Positions 13,209 to 30,760 of a DNA stretch of 64,000 nucleotides are shown piece after piece. The notes beneath the pieces are model-generated. The model saw only the letters and a program-made list of their open reading frames with translations, searched no databases and had not been told where the DNA came from. This stretch comes from Eledone cirrhosa. Its lineage: Eukaryota. The position numbers were made by a program, and so were the translations under genes. The stretch's first letter is position 1; the number at the start of each line of letters is the position of its first letter. The DNA lies in NCBI GenBank assembly GCA_964016885.1, contig CAXHJY010001738.1, positions 425,359 through 489,358 on the forward strand, given 5' to 3'.

Positions 13209-14493
13209 AGCAGTTCTCTGGCTACAACCAAAGAGACAGAGTCAGAGTATACGAAGGAGCCATGGAAAAGTATAAGACCCTCATAGAACTGGACATGAAA
13301 GGAATCTGCCCACTATACAGGAGCAAATCATGGAATAGCTTAGATAGGGCTAGGGAAGGCCACATCATGGTACGACAACCAGAGATATCAGAGTGTCATG
13401 TTTGTGGACGCCACCCCTGGAGGGAAGTTAGCTAACCAGTGTAGAAAGGCCCTGAGAAAGACCCACTTAAAAATAAAAGTGGTAGAAAAGCCAGGAACCA
13501 CCATAAAATCCCTGATCAGCAAAACCTACCCTTTTAAGAAAACCCACTGTACCAATAGGAAGTGTATCATATGTAAGGTGAACCCCCGGATAAACTGTAA
13601 AACTAGAAACGTAGTCTATAGCATAAAATGTACAGAGGGTACTTGCAGAAACATGACAACAACATACATAGGTGAGACAGCTCGTAGCATAGGTGAAAGG
13701 ATAGACCAACACTGGGGGGAACTAAAAGGACGAAAAAACGGGTCAGTACTATACGAACATGCTAGACAACAACATGACGGTAACATAGACAACATAGAAA
13801 TTAGAATAATATCTAAACATAGGAATGACCCAGCAGATAGGCAAATCAGAGAGGCCAGTGAAATAGAAATTAGAAGACCAAAGCTAAACAGAAAGAATGA
13901 GTGGAACAACAACAACACCCAAACAAACAACACTGACCTAAGAGAAGTATAAATAAATAAATAAAATTAAATAAAATAAGATAAATAAATACATACACAA
14001 GCACAATAACAACAAGCACATAAACACACACTAGTCACCCAGCAGACACAACACTATACACACTAGTCACACATCACACATAACACTATACACACACGCA
14101 AACGCATGCGCAAAGAAGACAAAATAAAATAAGATAAACAAACAAGCAAATAAATAAATAAATATATAGACAGACTGAACAAAAAAAAAATGGCGTAGAC
14201 ATACAACACAACAGGAGGAACAATGAATATAACACCACTGACGATGTTGCAGATGTGCAACGAAAGATTTATGTAAATTATGTAAACTATATATATATAT
14301 GTGTGTTTGTGTCTATATTGTATCTGTATTATTTTTGACCGCCGGTCAGTCAATGGCAACATTGAGGACCGAGTAAGTTAGATCGCAGATATATATATAT
14401 AAAAGACAGCGAGAAGCGAAAACCAACCAAACAGTGAGTGTGTTCTGTTATTAATTCTGGCAATATTACGCAAATATGACCCTCCCCAGGTGT

Positions 14494-14498
<5 letters not shown>
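13209..14498 (+). mobile_element. Second copy of the PLE pLTR (endonuclease ORF 13398-13952, UTR, hammerhead), ending in (TA)n
   Basis: Near-identical to 7427-8710; terminates ATGACCCTCCCCAGGTGTAACAA-(TA)n. Confidence 0.9.
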
Positions 14499-15169
<671 letters not shown>

Positions 15170-15197
15170 GTGTGAACCACTCCTTGATTCATCAACA

Positions 15198-15962
15198 ATG
15201 GCCGATCTACTAAATGAAACTATTGACCCCCCAGTAGCCTCTGTCTCACAGCATGAAACGCCACATCCTTTCTCTGGCCCAGCAGTCCAATCATCACCAC
15301 TGCCAACATCTTCTCTGCCTACTACTACTACTACAACATTTTTGTCTACTGCTATGTCAAGGAATTTACCTTCTAATACCAAAACAAGAACTCTCCCTCC
15401 CACAGTCCACAAAGGTCGTCAAATCCTACTCAAACCATCATCTACACCTCTCACAACACACACACCCACATACCCACCCACTCGAAACCCCATCATTTGC
15501 CGCTACTCTCTACGCTATAGAATATGTACGGATAGTGGCTGCAAATTCACCCATTTACCTAGGACAAAACGATCTATCCCCACAAACAGCCACCACCACC
15601 ATAATACATACTCTAATTTAACACCAACACAACCACCAATAACTCAAACAAGGAACCCACAAATCTGCCGCCTTTCCCTGCGAGACAGATTGTGTTTAGA
15701 CCGGGATTGTCCCTTTACCCATCTCCCGGGGACCCGTCGGACAAATGAAAATAAAATTAAAAATAAAAGCAAAAACAAAAACCATAACCTACATAAAAAT
15801 AACCACTACCACAGTCACCAACAGTCTTCTAAACAGGAAACTTCTTCCTCTTTTTTAGCCATAATGAATCTGGCAAAAGAACTGGAAAAAAACATTCGAG
15901 CTATCACCCAGCACCACCCTCCACTATCACCCCACTGCACAAACTCCCATTGCTGCCATTAA
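15198..15962 (+). CDS. LINE ORF1 protein with two CCCH-type zinc fingers
   Basis: 254 aa, directly upstream of ORF2. Contains [19 protein letters not shown] and [19 protein letters not shown] (C-x8-C-x4-C-x3-H). Confidence 0.75.
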   Translation: MADLLNETIDPPVASVSQHETPHPFSGPAVQSSPLPTSSLPTTTTTTFLSTAMSRNLPSNTKTRTLPPTVHKGRQILLKPSSTPLTTHTPTYPPTRNPIICRYSLRYRICTDSGCKFTHLPRTKRSIPTNSHHHHNTYSNLTPTQPPITQTRNPQICRLSLRDRLCLDRDCPFTHLPGTRRTNENKIKNKSKNKNHNLHKNNHYHSHQQSSKQETSSSFLAIMNLAKELEKNIRAITQHHPPLSPHCTNSHCCH

Positions 15963-18900
15963 CAAACAAACAAATTAACAACACACCAAAACAATTAAAA
16001 CCATCCACTCTCGCCTCTACATTTTTGCTTAACGCCCAAGGCATCAGCCCTTCCACCAATACTCAAAAATGGAAGATCAAATTCCTGGAGGACTGGATTG
16101 ATGTCCATCCAAACCACATCCCTTTCTTCGTCCTCACTGAAACCCATCTCAGTAACCTCCACTTGGAAGCCGAGGTGAAAGTGAAAAATTTCAAAGCCAT
16201 CCGTGCTGATCGCGCTGGCAGAAGAAAGGGCGGAACTGCCATTTATGTCCATAATTCTTTCTCAACAGAGGCTATGAACATATTCACTAATGGATACTGT
16301 GAAGCAGTCACTGTATTCAGTCAAACCAACAACCTATTAGTAGTTGGGCTCTATAGGCCACCCCAAACGCCTGTACCATGCTTCAAGGAATGCCTCAACA
16401 GCATAAAGTGTTTCATCCAAGAGTGTCACCCTGACAACATCTTAATGATGGGGGACTTCAACCTCCCCGGAGTTGACTGGTCCACAAACAGCCTGCCACC
16501 AGGTTCTTCTGCCTCAACCTCTGACAGGGAAGCAGTGGAATCGCTTCTTGACTTCATGGATGATTTCTTCCTATCCCAACTGGTGCTCGAACCAATGAGG
16601 TGCCACAAAAACGTCCTAGACTTAATTTTCAGCAATCACACTGACAATATCCACAATATTGCAGTGGAGAAAACTCTACTCTCTGATCATGACATGGTTC
16701 TCTGTGATCTGCGATTCCACCGTCCAATATACAAACCCAATGTCATCTCTCCTGTCCATCCGTTTGACGCTATGGATTTCCACAATGCAAACTGGGAAGC
16801 GATCAGTCATGATCTTGCACATGTCGACTGGTCCTTCACGCACACTCATACACCCACTAACATCAAAAAGTCCTGGCAGACATTTGTGGACACTGTTACA
16901 AACATATGTGCTAAACACACCCCATTAAGAACTATAAACAAATCTAAGAGCAGAATCCCTAGAAATAGAAAAACGCTCATCAGAAAAATTAAGAGAACGA
17001 ACAAAAAAATCAACAAGCTGAAATACTGTCAGCAGCAACACATCAACTTGACTGCCATTTCATCACTAGAGATTAAAAAACATAACCTCCAAAACAACAT
17101 AATGTCCCTCATCAACAATCAGAGAAGAGCTGAAGAGGCCTGGGCCATTGAGAAGATCAAACTCAATCCCAAAGTGTTCTTTTCATTTGCAAAAAAACAC
17201 AAAATCACTGGCTCTACTGTTGGCCCTCTAATTGATGAAAATGGCACTCTTCAAGACAATGCTAAAACCATGGGTGAGATACTGCAGAAACAATACTGCT
17301 CTGTTTTCAGCAATCCTGATATGGCCGATCTGGGCTGTATCGGCGATGTTACTCCCCATTACACCTTATCGGACATAACGTTTGGCGCCCCTGATGTCTT
17401 GGCGGCAATAAAGGAAATCAAGCATAATTCAGCAGTAGGTCCCGATAGGTTCCCTGCTTGTGTCTTGAAGGCGTGTCAACACCAACTTGCATCTCCTCTT
17501 GCCAATCTGTGGCGGAACTCACTGGATGCTGGATATGTGCCAGAAAACCTTCTATCCCAGTCTGTTGTCCCAGTTTTCAAAAAGGGAAACAAATCCCTTG
17601 CCGTGAATTACCGCCCAATCTCACTCACCTCTCATATCATTAAGGTATTTGAGAGAGTGGTGAGATCGCGAATGACCCACTTCCTTGAGAGTAACAATAT
17701 GCTGAACTCCAACCAGTATGGATTCCGTAATGGAAGGGATTGCCTGACGCAGCTACTGCATCACTTTGATGACATTTTGAGAGCCTTGGGAGAGGGTTCC
17801 AACACTGATGTTATCTACCTTGATTTCAGCAAGGCCTTTGACAGGGTTGATCATAACATTCTACTGAGAAAGCTGTCCAATATTGGTGTCACTGGAAAGC
17901 TGCTGCAGTGGATCAAGAGCTTCCTGTCAAACAGAACCCAACATGTTGTAGTTGAGGGAGTCAAATCCAGCCCAGCCAAAGTCAGTAGTGGGGTCCCACA
18001 AGGCACTATGTTGGGCCCACTTCTCTTCATCATCTATATTAATGACATCACTGACATCATCAAACACAGCAACATTAAAAATTTTCGCTGATGATTCCAA
18101 GCTCCAAAAGGTCATCAATGGCGTGGATGACCGGATAAGCCTTCAGTCAGACCTACTGGCTGTTACCCAATGGGCGGAAAAGAACAACATGTTACTGAAC
18201 GAAGACAAATTCGAACTGATCCACTTTGGAAAAGAGGATGCTCTGAAACTCCCGTACTCCCTTCCCTCCGGGGAAACTCTCGTGACATCTAACAACATCA
18301 GAGACTTGGGAGTAACCGTGGACAGCAACATAAGCTGGACCACGCATATAAGCAGCAAAGTTGACATGGCCCGCAGAATGTGTTCCTGGATCCTCAGAAC
18401 CTTCCAGTCGAGAGATTCCCACACCATTATCCTTCTCTTCTCTACTTTTGCCCGACCACACCTTGAATACTGTTGTCCACTGTGGTCTCCCCACACGAAA
18501 CAGAGTATCATGAAACTTGAAGCTCCTCAAAGGGCAATCACGAAAAAGATAGATGGCATGTCAGACCTTGACTACTGGGGTCGATTAGAAAACCTGAAAC
18601 TTTACTCACTCCAATGTCGCCGTGAGCGTTATATTATCTGCATGATGTGGAAAATGTTCCATCATCACTGCCCAAATGATGTTGGCATCGCCTTCAAGAT
18701 ACACCGAAGGCTTGGGCCCCGTGCTATCCGTCCCATTCAAAAATCTAAATCGCAACTCATAACAACAATACGGCACAATTATTTCACCTCAATCGGCCCT
18801 GCTCTCTTCAACATCACACCAGGACACGTCAAAACAGAAACTGACCACACAAAATTCAAGAAGTCTTTGGACAAATTCCTCCAAGTAATCCCGGACAAAC

Positions 18901-18971
18901 CACCCACACTCGGATATGTCTCCGCAAACAGTAATTCTCTTCTCGAATGGGCCATGGTGTCCAAATCCTGA
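15950..18971 (+). pseudogene. LINE ORF2 (APE endonuclease + reverse transcriptase), single frameshift at ~18077-18081
   Basis: Motifs LTETHL, GLYRPP, MGDFN, LDL, SDH, NYRPISL, YLDFSKAFD, GVPQG, FADD, RPHLEYC. The A5 run here is A4 in the second copy, which restores the frame. Confidence 0.93.
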
Positions 18972-19046
18972 ATTGAAAGACTTCGCCAGGTGGTGCTATT
19001 AAGTTAGACATGGCCTGGGCCAATACTGGCCAAAACATTTCAAAGT

Positions 19047-21067
<2,021 letters not shown>

Positions 21068-21676
21068 TGGTGGCTGCCAACTCGTTTTCGAGTACGGCCA
21101 CTACTTTATATCCATGTAGGAGAACCCCTACCGATGCGCTGAACGAGTGTGACTTTTTAGTCCAGCCAGCGACTTGAAAACTCTGGTACAAACACTACAC
21201 TTGTGACAATTACTGACACATAGTGCTGGGCCCATGGCACCATGTGACGACAAGTGCAGAGAGATCTCCAGATATAAAGCAATGCCTGTGCCGTGAAGCT
21301 TTTATAGTGAGCAAAAGCACTGCACAAAGCCAGTCCCACTCTCTTAACCAAGATGATATTTACCAAAAAGAAGAACAAGTCAACATCATTGGATACCATC
21401 AGGGTTGCAGGTGTTATATCAGAGTTTTCCTTCTCCTAGAATTCTGCCTTGACAAAGGCTAAGGGGTCATCTCTCCCGGTGATTTTGGATGGCCATTGAC
21501 GCTTAAGAGCTCCTTTGCCCTTTGACAGGTTTTGTTTTTAGTCCTGCAGGATGTCCAAAGTCACCCTCCTCACCAAGAAACCTTGGTGGGGTTGCCAGTT
21601 TAGTCGCCAACGACCCGACCATGGGACAGGTTGTACTGGGATACATGTTACCAGTAGCACCAACTGGTGACCTGAC
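21068..21676 (-). mobile_element. Non-autonomous RTE-derived bipartite element, copy 1 (full length, ~610 bp)
   Basis: 5' part resembles RTE 5'UTR 30820-31050. 3' part encodes a relic C2H2 finger ([23 protein letters not shown]) and ends like RTE 26955-26990. Confidence 0.85.
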
Positions 21677-22026
21677 ATAAATATATACATATATATATAT
21701 ATATACATACATATATATATATATATATACATACATATATATATATATATACATACATTTATATATATATACATACATATATATATATATACATATATAT
21801 ATATGTACATATATATACATACATATATACATATATATACATATACATACATATATACATACCTATATACATATATATATATACATACATATATACATAC
21901 CTATATATATATACATATATATACATATATATACATATACATATATATACATATATATACATATATATATATATACATATATATACATATATATATATAT
22001 ACATATATATACATATATATATATAC

Positions 22027-22107
<81 letters not shown>

Positions 22108-22179
22108 AAGAAAAAGGGATGAAATCGAAAATGCAACTGAAGTCTTATTTTTTTTTTAAATATATATATTTATTTGGTT

Positions 22180-22217
22180 CCTTTACCGGTTTCGCAGTTC
22201 TTCTGCTTTTCAAAAGG
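22180..22217 (-). ncRNA. Minimal type I hammerhead ribozyme, U3-A8 variant
   Basis: Minus strand: CCTT TTGAAAA GCAG-aagaa-CTGC GAAA C-cg-GTA AAGG. Perfect stems I and II, palindromic ACCGGT stem III, GUA triplet. Confidence 0.8.
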
Positions 22218-22630
22218 TGAGTTGAGATGGAGGGTCTGTGGTTTTTCTCACATCTGGTTGGTCTCTAAATGTTACTTGTTTTATATGGAAAAAGTGGCTC
22301 GAAAACCAGGTTTTTCGAGAAGTAATTTGATTGGTTTGTCAATAATTATAATAAATTTCGCGCCAGTTTTCATTACATTTTTGCGCCCTTATTTGGAAAA
22401 CTATTCTGTAGTCTTTATAGTGAATGTTATGACAATGGAGAGATAGTGGTCAAGAGAAAAGGGATTGGGAGAAATGTTCTGGTTCAGTGAATATGGCCAG
22501 CTGTCAGAGTTCAGGTGTCAGAGTTCAGATTTTCTATTGAGACTGAAGATATGTGTTTATTTGTGTGCTTGTGTGTGTGTATATGTGTGTGTGTGTGTAT
22601 TGGAAGATGATTCTATATATACATATATAC

Positions 22631-22677
<47 letters not shown>

Positions 22678-22754
22678 CATATATACATATATATATATAT
22701 ACATATATATATATACATATATATATATATACATATACATATATATATAGATAC

Positions 22755-22805
<51 letters not shown>

Positions 22806-22818
22806 CATATATATATAG

Positions 22819-22849
<31 letters not shown>

Positions 22850-22969
22850 TACATATATACATATATATATATATATACATATATACATATATATATATAT
22901 ACATATATATATAGATACATATATACATATATATATAGATACATATATACATATATATATAGATACATA

Positions 22970-24186
22970 TAACTTTGAATAACTTTGAAATGTTTTGGCC
23001 AGTATTGGCCCAGGCCATGTCTAACTTAATAGCACCACCTGGCGAAGTCTTTCAATTCAGGATTTGGGCACCATGGCCCATTCGAGAAGAGAATTACTGT
23101 TTGCGGAGACATATCCGGGTGTGGGTGGTTTGTCCGGGATTACTTGGAGGAATTTGTCCAAAGACTTCTTGAATTTTGTGTGGTCAGTTTCTGTTTTGAC
23201 GTGTCCTGGTGTGATGGTGAAGAGAGCAGGGCCGATTGAGGTGAAATAATTGTGCCGTATTGTTGTTATGAGTTGCGATTTAGATTTTTGAATGGGACGG
23301 ATAGCACGGGGCCCAAGCCTTCGGTGTATCTTGAAGGCGATGCCAACATCATTTGGGCAGTGATGATGGAACATTTTCCACATCATGCAGATAATATAAC
23401 GCTCACGGCGACGTTGGAGTGAGTAAAGTTTCAGGTTTTCTAATCGACCCCAGTAGTCAAGGTCTGACATGCCATCTATCTTTTTCGTGATTGCCCTTTG
23501 AGGAGCTTCAAGTTTCATGATACTTTGTTTCGTGTGGGGAGACCACAGTGGACAACAGTATTCAAGGTGTGGTCGGGCAAAAGTAGAGAAGAGAAGGATA
23601 ATGGTGCGGGAATCTCTCGACTGGAAGGTTCTGAGGATCCAGGAACACATTCTGCGGGCCATGTCAACTTTGCTGCTTATATGCGTGGTCCAGCTTATGT
23701 TGCTGTCCACGGTTACTCCCAAGTCTCTGATGTTGTTAGATGCCACGAGAGTTTCCCCGGAGGGAAGGGAATACGGGAGTTTCAGAGCATCCTCTTTTCC
23801 AAAGTGGATCAGTTCGAATTTGTCTTCGTTCAGTAACATGTTGTTCTTTTCTGCCCATTGGGTAACAGCCAGTAGGTCTGCTGAAGGCTTATCCGGTTAT
23901 CCACGCCATTGATGACCTTTTGGAGCTTGGAATCATCAGCGAAAATTTTAATGTTGCTGTGTTTGATGATGTCAGTGATGTCATTAATATAGATGATGAA
24001 GAGAAGTGGGCCCAACACAGTGCCTTGTGGGACTCCACTACTGACTTTGGCTGGGCTTGATTTGACTCCCTCAACTACAACATGTTGGGTTCTGTTTGAC
24101 AGGAAGCTCTTGATCCACTGCAGCAGCTTTCCAGTGACACCAATATTGGACAGCTTTCTCAGTAGAGTGTTATGATCAACCCTGTC
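22970..24186 (-). mobile_element. 5'-truncated inverted copy of the CR1-group LINE
   Basis: ORF 23057-23839 is nearly identical to the C-terminal part of 17952-18971. It has a 1-nt deletion at ~23881, a 3' tail (TTCAAAGTTA)2, and TA on both flanks. Confidence 0.95.
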
Positions 24187-26954
<2,768 letters not shown>

Positions 26955-27011
26955 GATGGCTGCCCCCTCGTTATCGAGTATGGCCATTGCACAATAAAAA
27001 AAAAAAAAAAA

Positions 27012-27051
<40 letters not shown>

Positions 27052-27130
27052 GCAATAATAATAATAATAACGACAACAACAATAATATACATATCCACAC
27101 ATACATACACACACACGCACGCACATAAGC

Positions 27131-27168
<38 letters not shown>

Positions 27169-27176
27169 GATAGCAA

Positions 27177-30100
27177 CTAACAGTGCTGCGATCGAATGTG
27201 GCTTTTTAGCCCAGCCAATGATCCAAAATGTCTTGCACAGAGTCGGCAACCAAAACATTTACTGGGAATAGTCGGCTGTGGTTGGAGTTCGTGTACTTTT
27301 GCATGTCGCTTGAGTCCTCCTGCTGATTTACATTCTCTACCACATGTTTGGCAAGCATGATGAGTAGCATCTCCAACAGCAGCCTGGTAGTCAACCACTG
27401 GTCTTACTTTATGACTGCGAAGATGACTTTCGAGTCCAGCTTTGCTTAGGCAGAGTCTCGCACAGACGCTGCATGTCAGAAACATAGGAGGACCCTCGCC
27501 GTCTGGAAGTGCAACAGCAATACCCTTCCTCACGTCCCGCTTTACTTTCTCGTGTGCGATTCGAGATGCCTCAAAGGCAACTTTTCCCTCATATACAGTC
27601 TTTCTCCATTTATTACGATCAGCAGCAACATTTTCCCATGTATCAGCAGAGATGTTAGCGTCTTTCAGAGAGGCCTTCAAGGAATCCTTATACCTCTTTT
27701 TTGGTTTATGTGGCGGTCGTTTTCCTTTAACCAACTCTCCATAGAAGAGTTGTTTTAGTATTCTAGAATCCTTCATCCTGGCAAGGTGACCACTCCAACG
27801 GAGTCGCTGCTTAAGCACAAGAGCTTCTATACTGTCACACATAGAGCTTTCCAAAATCTCGACATCACTGATGTGGTCCCTCCAGCGAACGCCATGTATC
27901 CGTCTGAGACACATCTGATGGAAACGCTCCAATTGCTTAAGGTGGCGTCGATATGTGACCCAGGTCTCGCAGGCATAAAGAAGACAAGAGAGTACACATG
28001 CCCTGTACACCCTTACCTTTGTCCTCCTGCATATGTCTCGCCGACCCCAGAGTCGCCTTTCTAGCTTTCCGAAAGCATCACTTGCTTTCCTAATCCTAAG
28101 TGAGATTTCACTGTCAAGGTTGCCGTATCGATTGACAGTGCTTCCCAGGTAGACAAACTGATCAACCACTCCAAGTCGTTTGCCATACACATAGATGTTT
28201 GGTTCAGTGTACTGCCTACCAGGTGCAGGTTGGTACATGACGACGGTTTTCTTGAGACTGACAGTCAAACCCAGGGCAGTGCAAGCGTCAGAAAATACAT
28301 TCAAAATGTGCTGCATATCACTCTCTGTGTGCGCTACAAGATCGCAATCATCTGCATACAAGAGGTCTCTTATGACTGATGTAAATACTTTTGTCTTCGC
28401 AGCAAAGCGCCTGATGTTAAATATGCTGCCTGAGGTTCGATATCGGATGTAAACACCATGCTCGCAATTCCTGAATGCAATACAGAAAACCATTGCAAAG
28501 TATATGGCAAACAGGGTCGGTGCTGGAATATCCCCCTGTTTCACTCCATTTTTTACTGAGATAGGCTCCGACATGTTACCTCCGACATTAACCCAAGCCT
28601 TCATGTCGTCATGGAAAGACCTAACTAAAGCAAGGAACTTATCAGGGCAACCAAGTTTCTGGAGAACCTTCCATAATGCATCTCTGTTGACAGTATCGAA
28701 AGCCTTTGTCAGATCGACAAAAACCTGATACAGATCCAAGCCCTGTTCAATGCACTTCTCCTGGAGCTGTCTAGCTGAGAAGATCATATCAGTAGTGCCG
28801 CGTCCAACACGAAAACCAGATTGACTTTCAGGAAGGACACAATCTGCAATGTGTGTCAGCAGACGGTCCAGAAGCACCCTACATAAAACTTTCCCCACGA
28901 CAGAAAGCAATGATATACCTCTGTAGTTCCCACAATCATTCCTGTTACCCTTTCCCTTGTACAAGACCACCATTACCGCATCTCTCCAGTCCTCAGGCAC
29001 GGATTCATTAGCCCATATCCCTCCAAACAGAGAGTGAAGATGTTGCAGGAGTCTCTCACCACCATATTGTAGGAGCTCAGCATGTATGCCATCCATACCT
29101 GGAGATCTTCCACTGTTCAGCTTCGAAATAGCCACTGCAACCTCCACAAGTGTCGGAGGCTCTGCGAGAGCTACTTTCACAGGACTTTCCGGAATGAGAT
29201 TGAGGAAATCTTCACTGACGACAGACGGCTGATTCAAAAGATCATCAAAGTGCTCCCGCCACCTTCGTAGAATTCCCTGTGAGTCACGAAGAAGTTCTTT
29301 GCCATCCTTGCTGCGAATCGGTGTCACCAGAGAAGAAGACGGTCCATAAACCTCACGCAAGAGACTGTACAACAGCTTTGTGTTATTGCAATCAGACGCA
29401 GTTTGTATCTCACCAGCCTTCTCACTCCACCACTGATCCTTCATCTGAGAAAGACTCCGCCTAACACGTGATTTTACATCCCTGAGCTCCTCATGCAACG
29501 TATTCCTCTCCTGTGGTCTTGCCGTCAAGTAGCGTGACAGAGCGCGCCTCTTATCAGCCAACAAGTCATCTATATGCACATCTTTCTCATTGAACCAGTC
29601 CTGATGTTTTCTCTGCACCAATCCCAGAACACGTCTGCCTACATCATAAACCGACTTTTTAAGGGTCGGCCAATCCTCACCAAGATCTGCAGCCTGCATC
29701 TCTTCTTCCAATGTCCTCTTCACATTTTTATCCTTAAGACGAGCAGCATTCAATCTTTTGGGCAGGGTAACACCAGGAGCCCGGATTTTACGTTTGGTGA
29801 TTAGATTCACTTTTGCGCGTACCAGGCGGTGGTCCGTCCAGCACTCAGCTCCACGAAGAACACGAACACACCGCACATCCTGTCTGTCACGCATCCTGAC
29901 TAGGACGTAGTCCAAAAGATGCCATTCCTTAGATGCAGGATGCATCCATGTGGTCTTGAATTTGTTCTTTTGTTGGAACATGGTGTTGGTAACACACAGA
30001 TCCAGCTCCTCACACATCTGCAGCAAGAGCATACCATTGCTGTTACACTTTCCCACCCCATGCCTTCCGATTACATTCCATGTGTTAAAATCCCTACCCA

Positions 30101-30527
30101 CTCTAGCATTAAAGTCACCAAGCACGATGACTTTGTCTGCCTGAGGGATATTTCTTAAAACACCTTTCAAGGCATGGTAAAAGGACAGTTTTTCTTCATC
30201 GACAGAATTCATAGTTGGAGCATACACACTCACCAGGGTAGCATATCTTCCCTTGTCCAGCGGAACTCTCATGGACATAAGACGCTCACTAATCCCCACT
30301 GGGAATTCTTCCAATTTATTCACCAGTACAGTCTTAACAGCAAATCCTACCCCAGCCTCTCTTCTGGTTCCTTCATCTCTTCCTTTCCAGAAGAATGTAT
30401 ATTCTCCACAAAATTCCGTAAGATGACCATCTCCAGCTAACCTCGTCTCAGACAAAGCCACGATGTCAAGATCGTAACGTCGAAGCTCCTTCGCAACAAG
30501 AGCGGTCCTTCGTTCAGGACGCTCCAA
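27177..30527 (-). CDS. RTE ORF: APE endonuclease, reverse transcriptase, three C-terminal C2H2 zinc fingers
   Basis: 1116+ aa uninterrupted. Motifs [60 protein letters not shown]. The frame stays open upstream (LGCWNVRTL) to a stop at 30798-30800. Confidence 0.95.
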   Translation of the reverse strand: MERPERRTALVAKELRRYDLDIVALSETRLAGDGHLTEFCGEYTFFWKGRDEGTRREAGVGFAVKTVLVNKLEEFPVGISERLMSMRVPLDKGRYATLVSVYAPTMNSVDEEKLSFYHALKGVLRNIPQADKVIVLGDFNARVGRDFNTWNVIGRHGVGKCNSNGMLLLQMCEELDLCVTNTMFQQKNKFKTTWMHPASKEWHLLDYVLVRMRDRQDVRCVRVLRGAECWTDHRLVRAKVNLITKRKIRAPGVTLPKRLNAARLKDKNVKRTLEEEMQAADLGEDWPTLKKSVYDVGRRVLGLVQRKHQDWFNEKDVHIDDLLADKRRALSRYLTARPQERNTLHEELRDVKSRVRRSLSQMKDQWWSEKAGEIQTASDCNNTKLLYSLLREVYGPSSSLVTPIRSKDGKELLRDSQGILRRWREHFDDLLNQPSVVSEDFLNLIPESPVKVALAEPPTLVEVAVAISKLNSGRSPGMDGIHAELLQYGGERLLQHLHSLFGGIWANESVPEDWRDAVMVVLYKGKGNRNDCGNYRGISLLSVVGKVLCRVLLDRLLTHIADCVLPESQSGFRVGRGTTDMIFSARQLQEKCIEQGLDLYQVFVDLTKAFDTVNRDALWKVLQKLGCPDKFLALVRSFHDDMKAWVNVGGNMSEPISVKNGVKQGDIPAPTLFAIYFAMVFCIAFRNCEHGVYIRYRTSGSIFNIRRFAAKTKVFTSVIRDLLYADDCDLVAHTESDMQHILNVFSDACTALGLTVSLKKTVVMYQPAPGRQYTEPNIYVYGKRLGVVDQFVYLGSTVNRYGNLDSEISLRIRKASDAFGKLERRLWGRRDICRRTKVRVYRACVLSCLLYACETWVTYRRHLKQLERFHQMCLRRIHGVRWRDHISDVEILESSMCDSIEALVLKQRLRWSGHLARMKDSRILKQLFYGELVKGKRPPHKPKKRYKDSLKASLKDANISADTWENVAADRNKWRKTVYEGKVAFEASRIAHEKVKRDVRKGIAVALPDGEGPPMFLTCSVCARLCLSKAGLESHLRSHKVRPVVDYQAAVGDATHHACQTCGRECKSAGGLKRHAKVHELQPQPTIPSKCFGCRLCARHFGSLAGLKSHIRSQHC

Positions 30528-30592
30528 AGAATCCCTGTCAAGCAGCGTCCGTACGTTCCAGCAGCCAAGACTAAATGCCCTGTTTGGCTCTA

Positions 30593-30721
30593 TTACAATG
30601 GCACGATGACGGGCGGGCCCAGGTTGTGATAACTTGGGGCCCCTGCCCTTATTGCCAATGATCCTTTTGTTCCAGAACCCAAATTGGCAATTATCTCGTT
30701 TACATTGTTCTGGAACATCAT
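30593..30721 (-). CDS. Short 42-aa upstream ORF overlapping the RTE main ORF
   Basis: MMFQNNVNEIIANLGSGTKGSLAIRAGAPSYHNLGPPVIVPL*. The main frame has no ATG before the APE domain. Confidence 0.4.
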   Translation of the reverse strand: MMFQNNVNEIIANLGSGTKGSLAIRAGAPSYHNLGPPVIVPL

Positions 30722-30729
30722 TGAATTGG

Positions 30730-30760
<31 letters not shown>

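Larger units (their letters stand above)
6455..14498 (+). repeat. Direct duplication: 6455-8710 recurs at 12226-14498
   Basis: Identical 184-aa ORFs at 7616-8170 and 13398-13952; near-identical ORFs 7223-7504 and 13005-13286; 5782-bp offset. Confidence 0.93.
15170..19047 (+). mobile_element. Near-full-length CR1-group LINE
   Basis: ORF1 plus APE-RT ORF2; short 3'UTR ending ..CATTTCAAAGTTA into (TA)n. Confidence 0.9.

Noticed and set aside
21157-21462. Recurrent 79-80 aa ORFs (MVSNDVDLFF.., MLGPW..) in eight places
   Set aside because: They recur only because the element is repeated and are disrupted in some copies. The meaningful relic frame is the zinc-finger one.
21590-21676. Possible HDV-like ribozyme at the 5' end of the RTE derivative (CCAGT..GG GTCG TTGG CGA CTAA ACTGG)
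   Set aside because: P2, P4 and J4/2-like parts are present, and RTE 5'UTRs can carry such ribozymes. However, I could not fit a convincing P1/P3/L3. An RNArobo/Infernal HDV search would decide.
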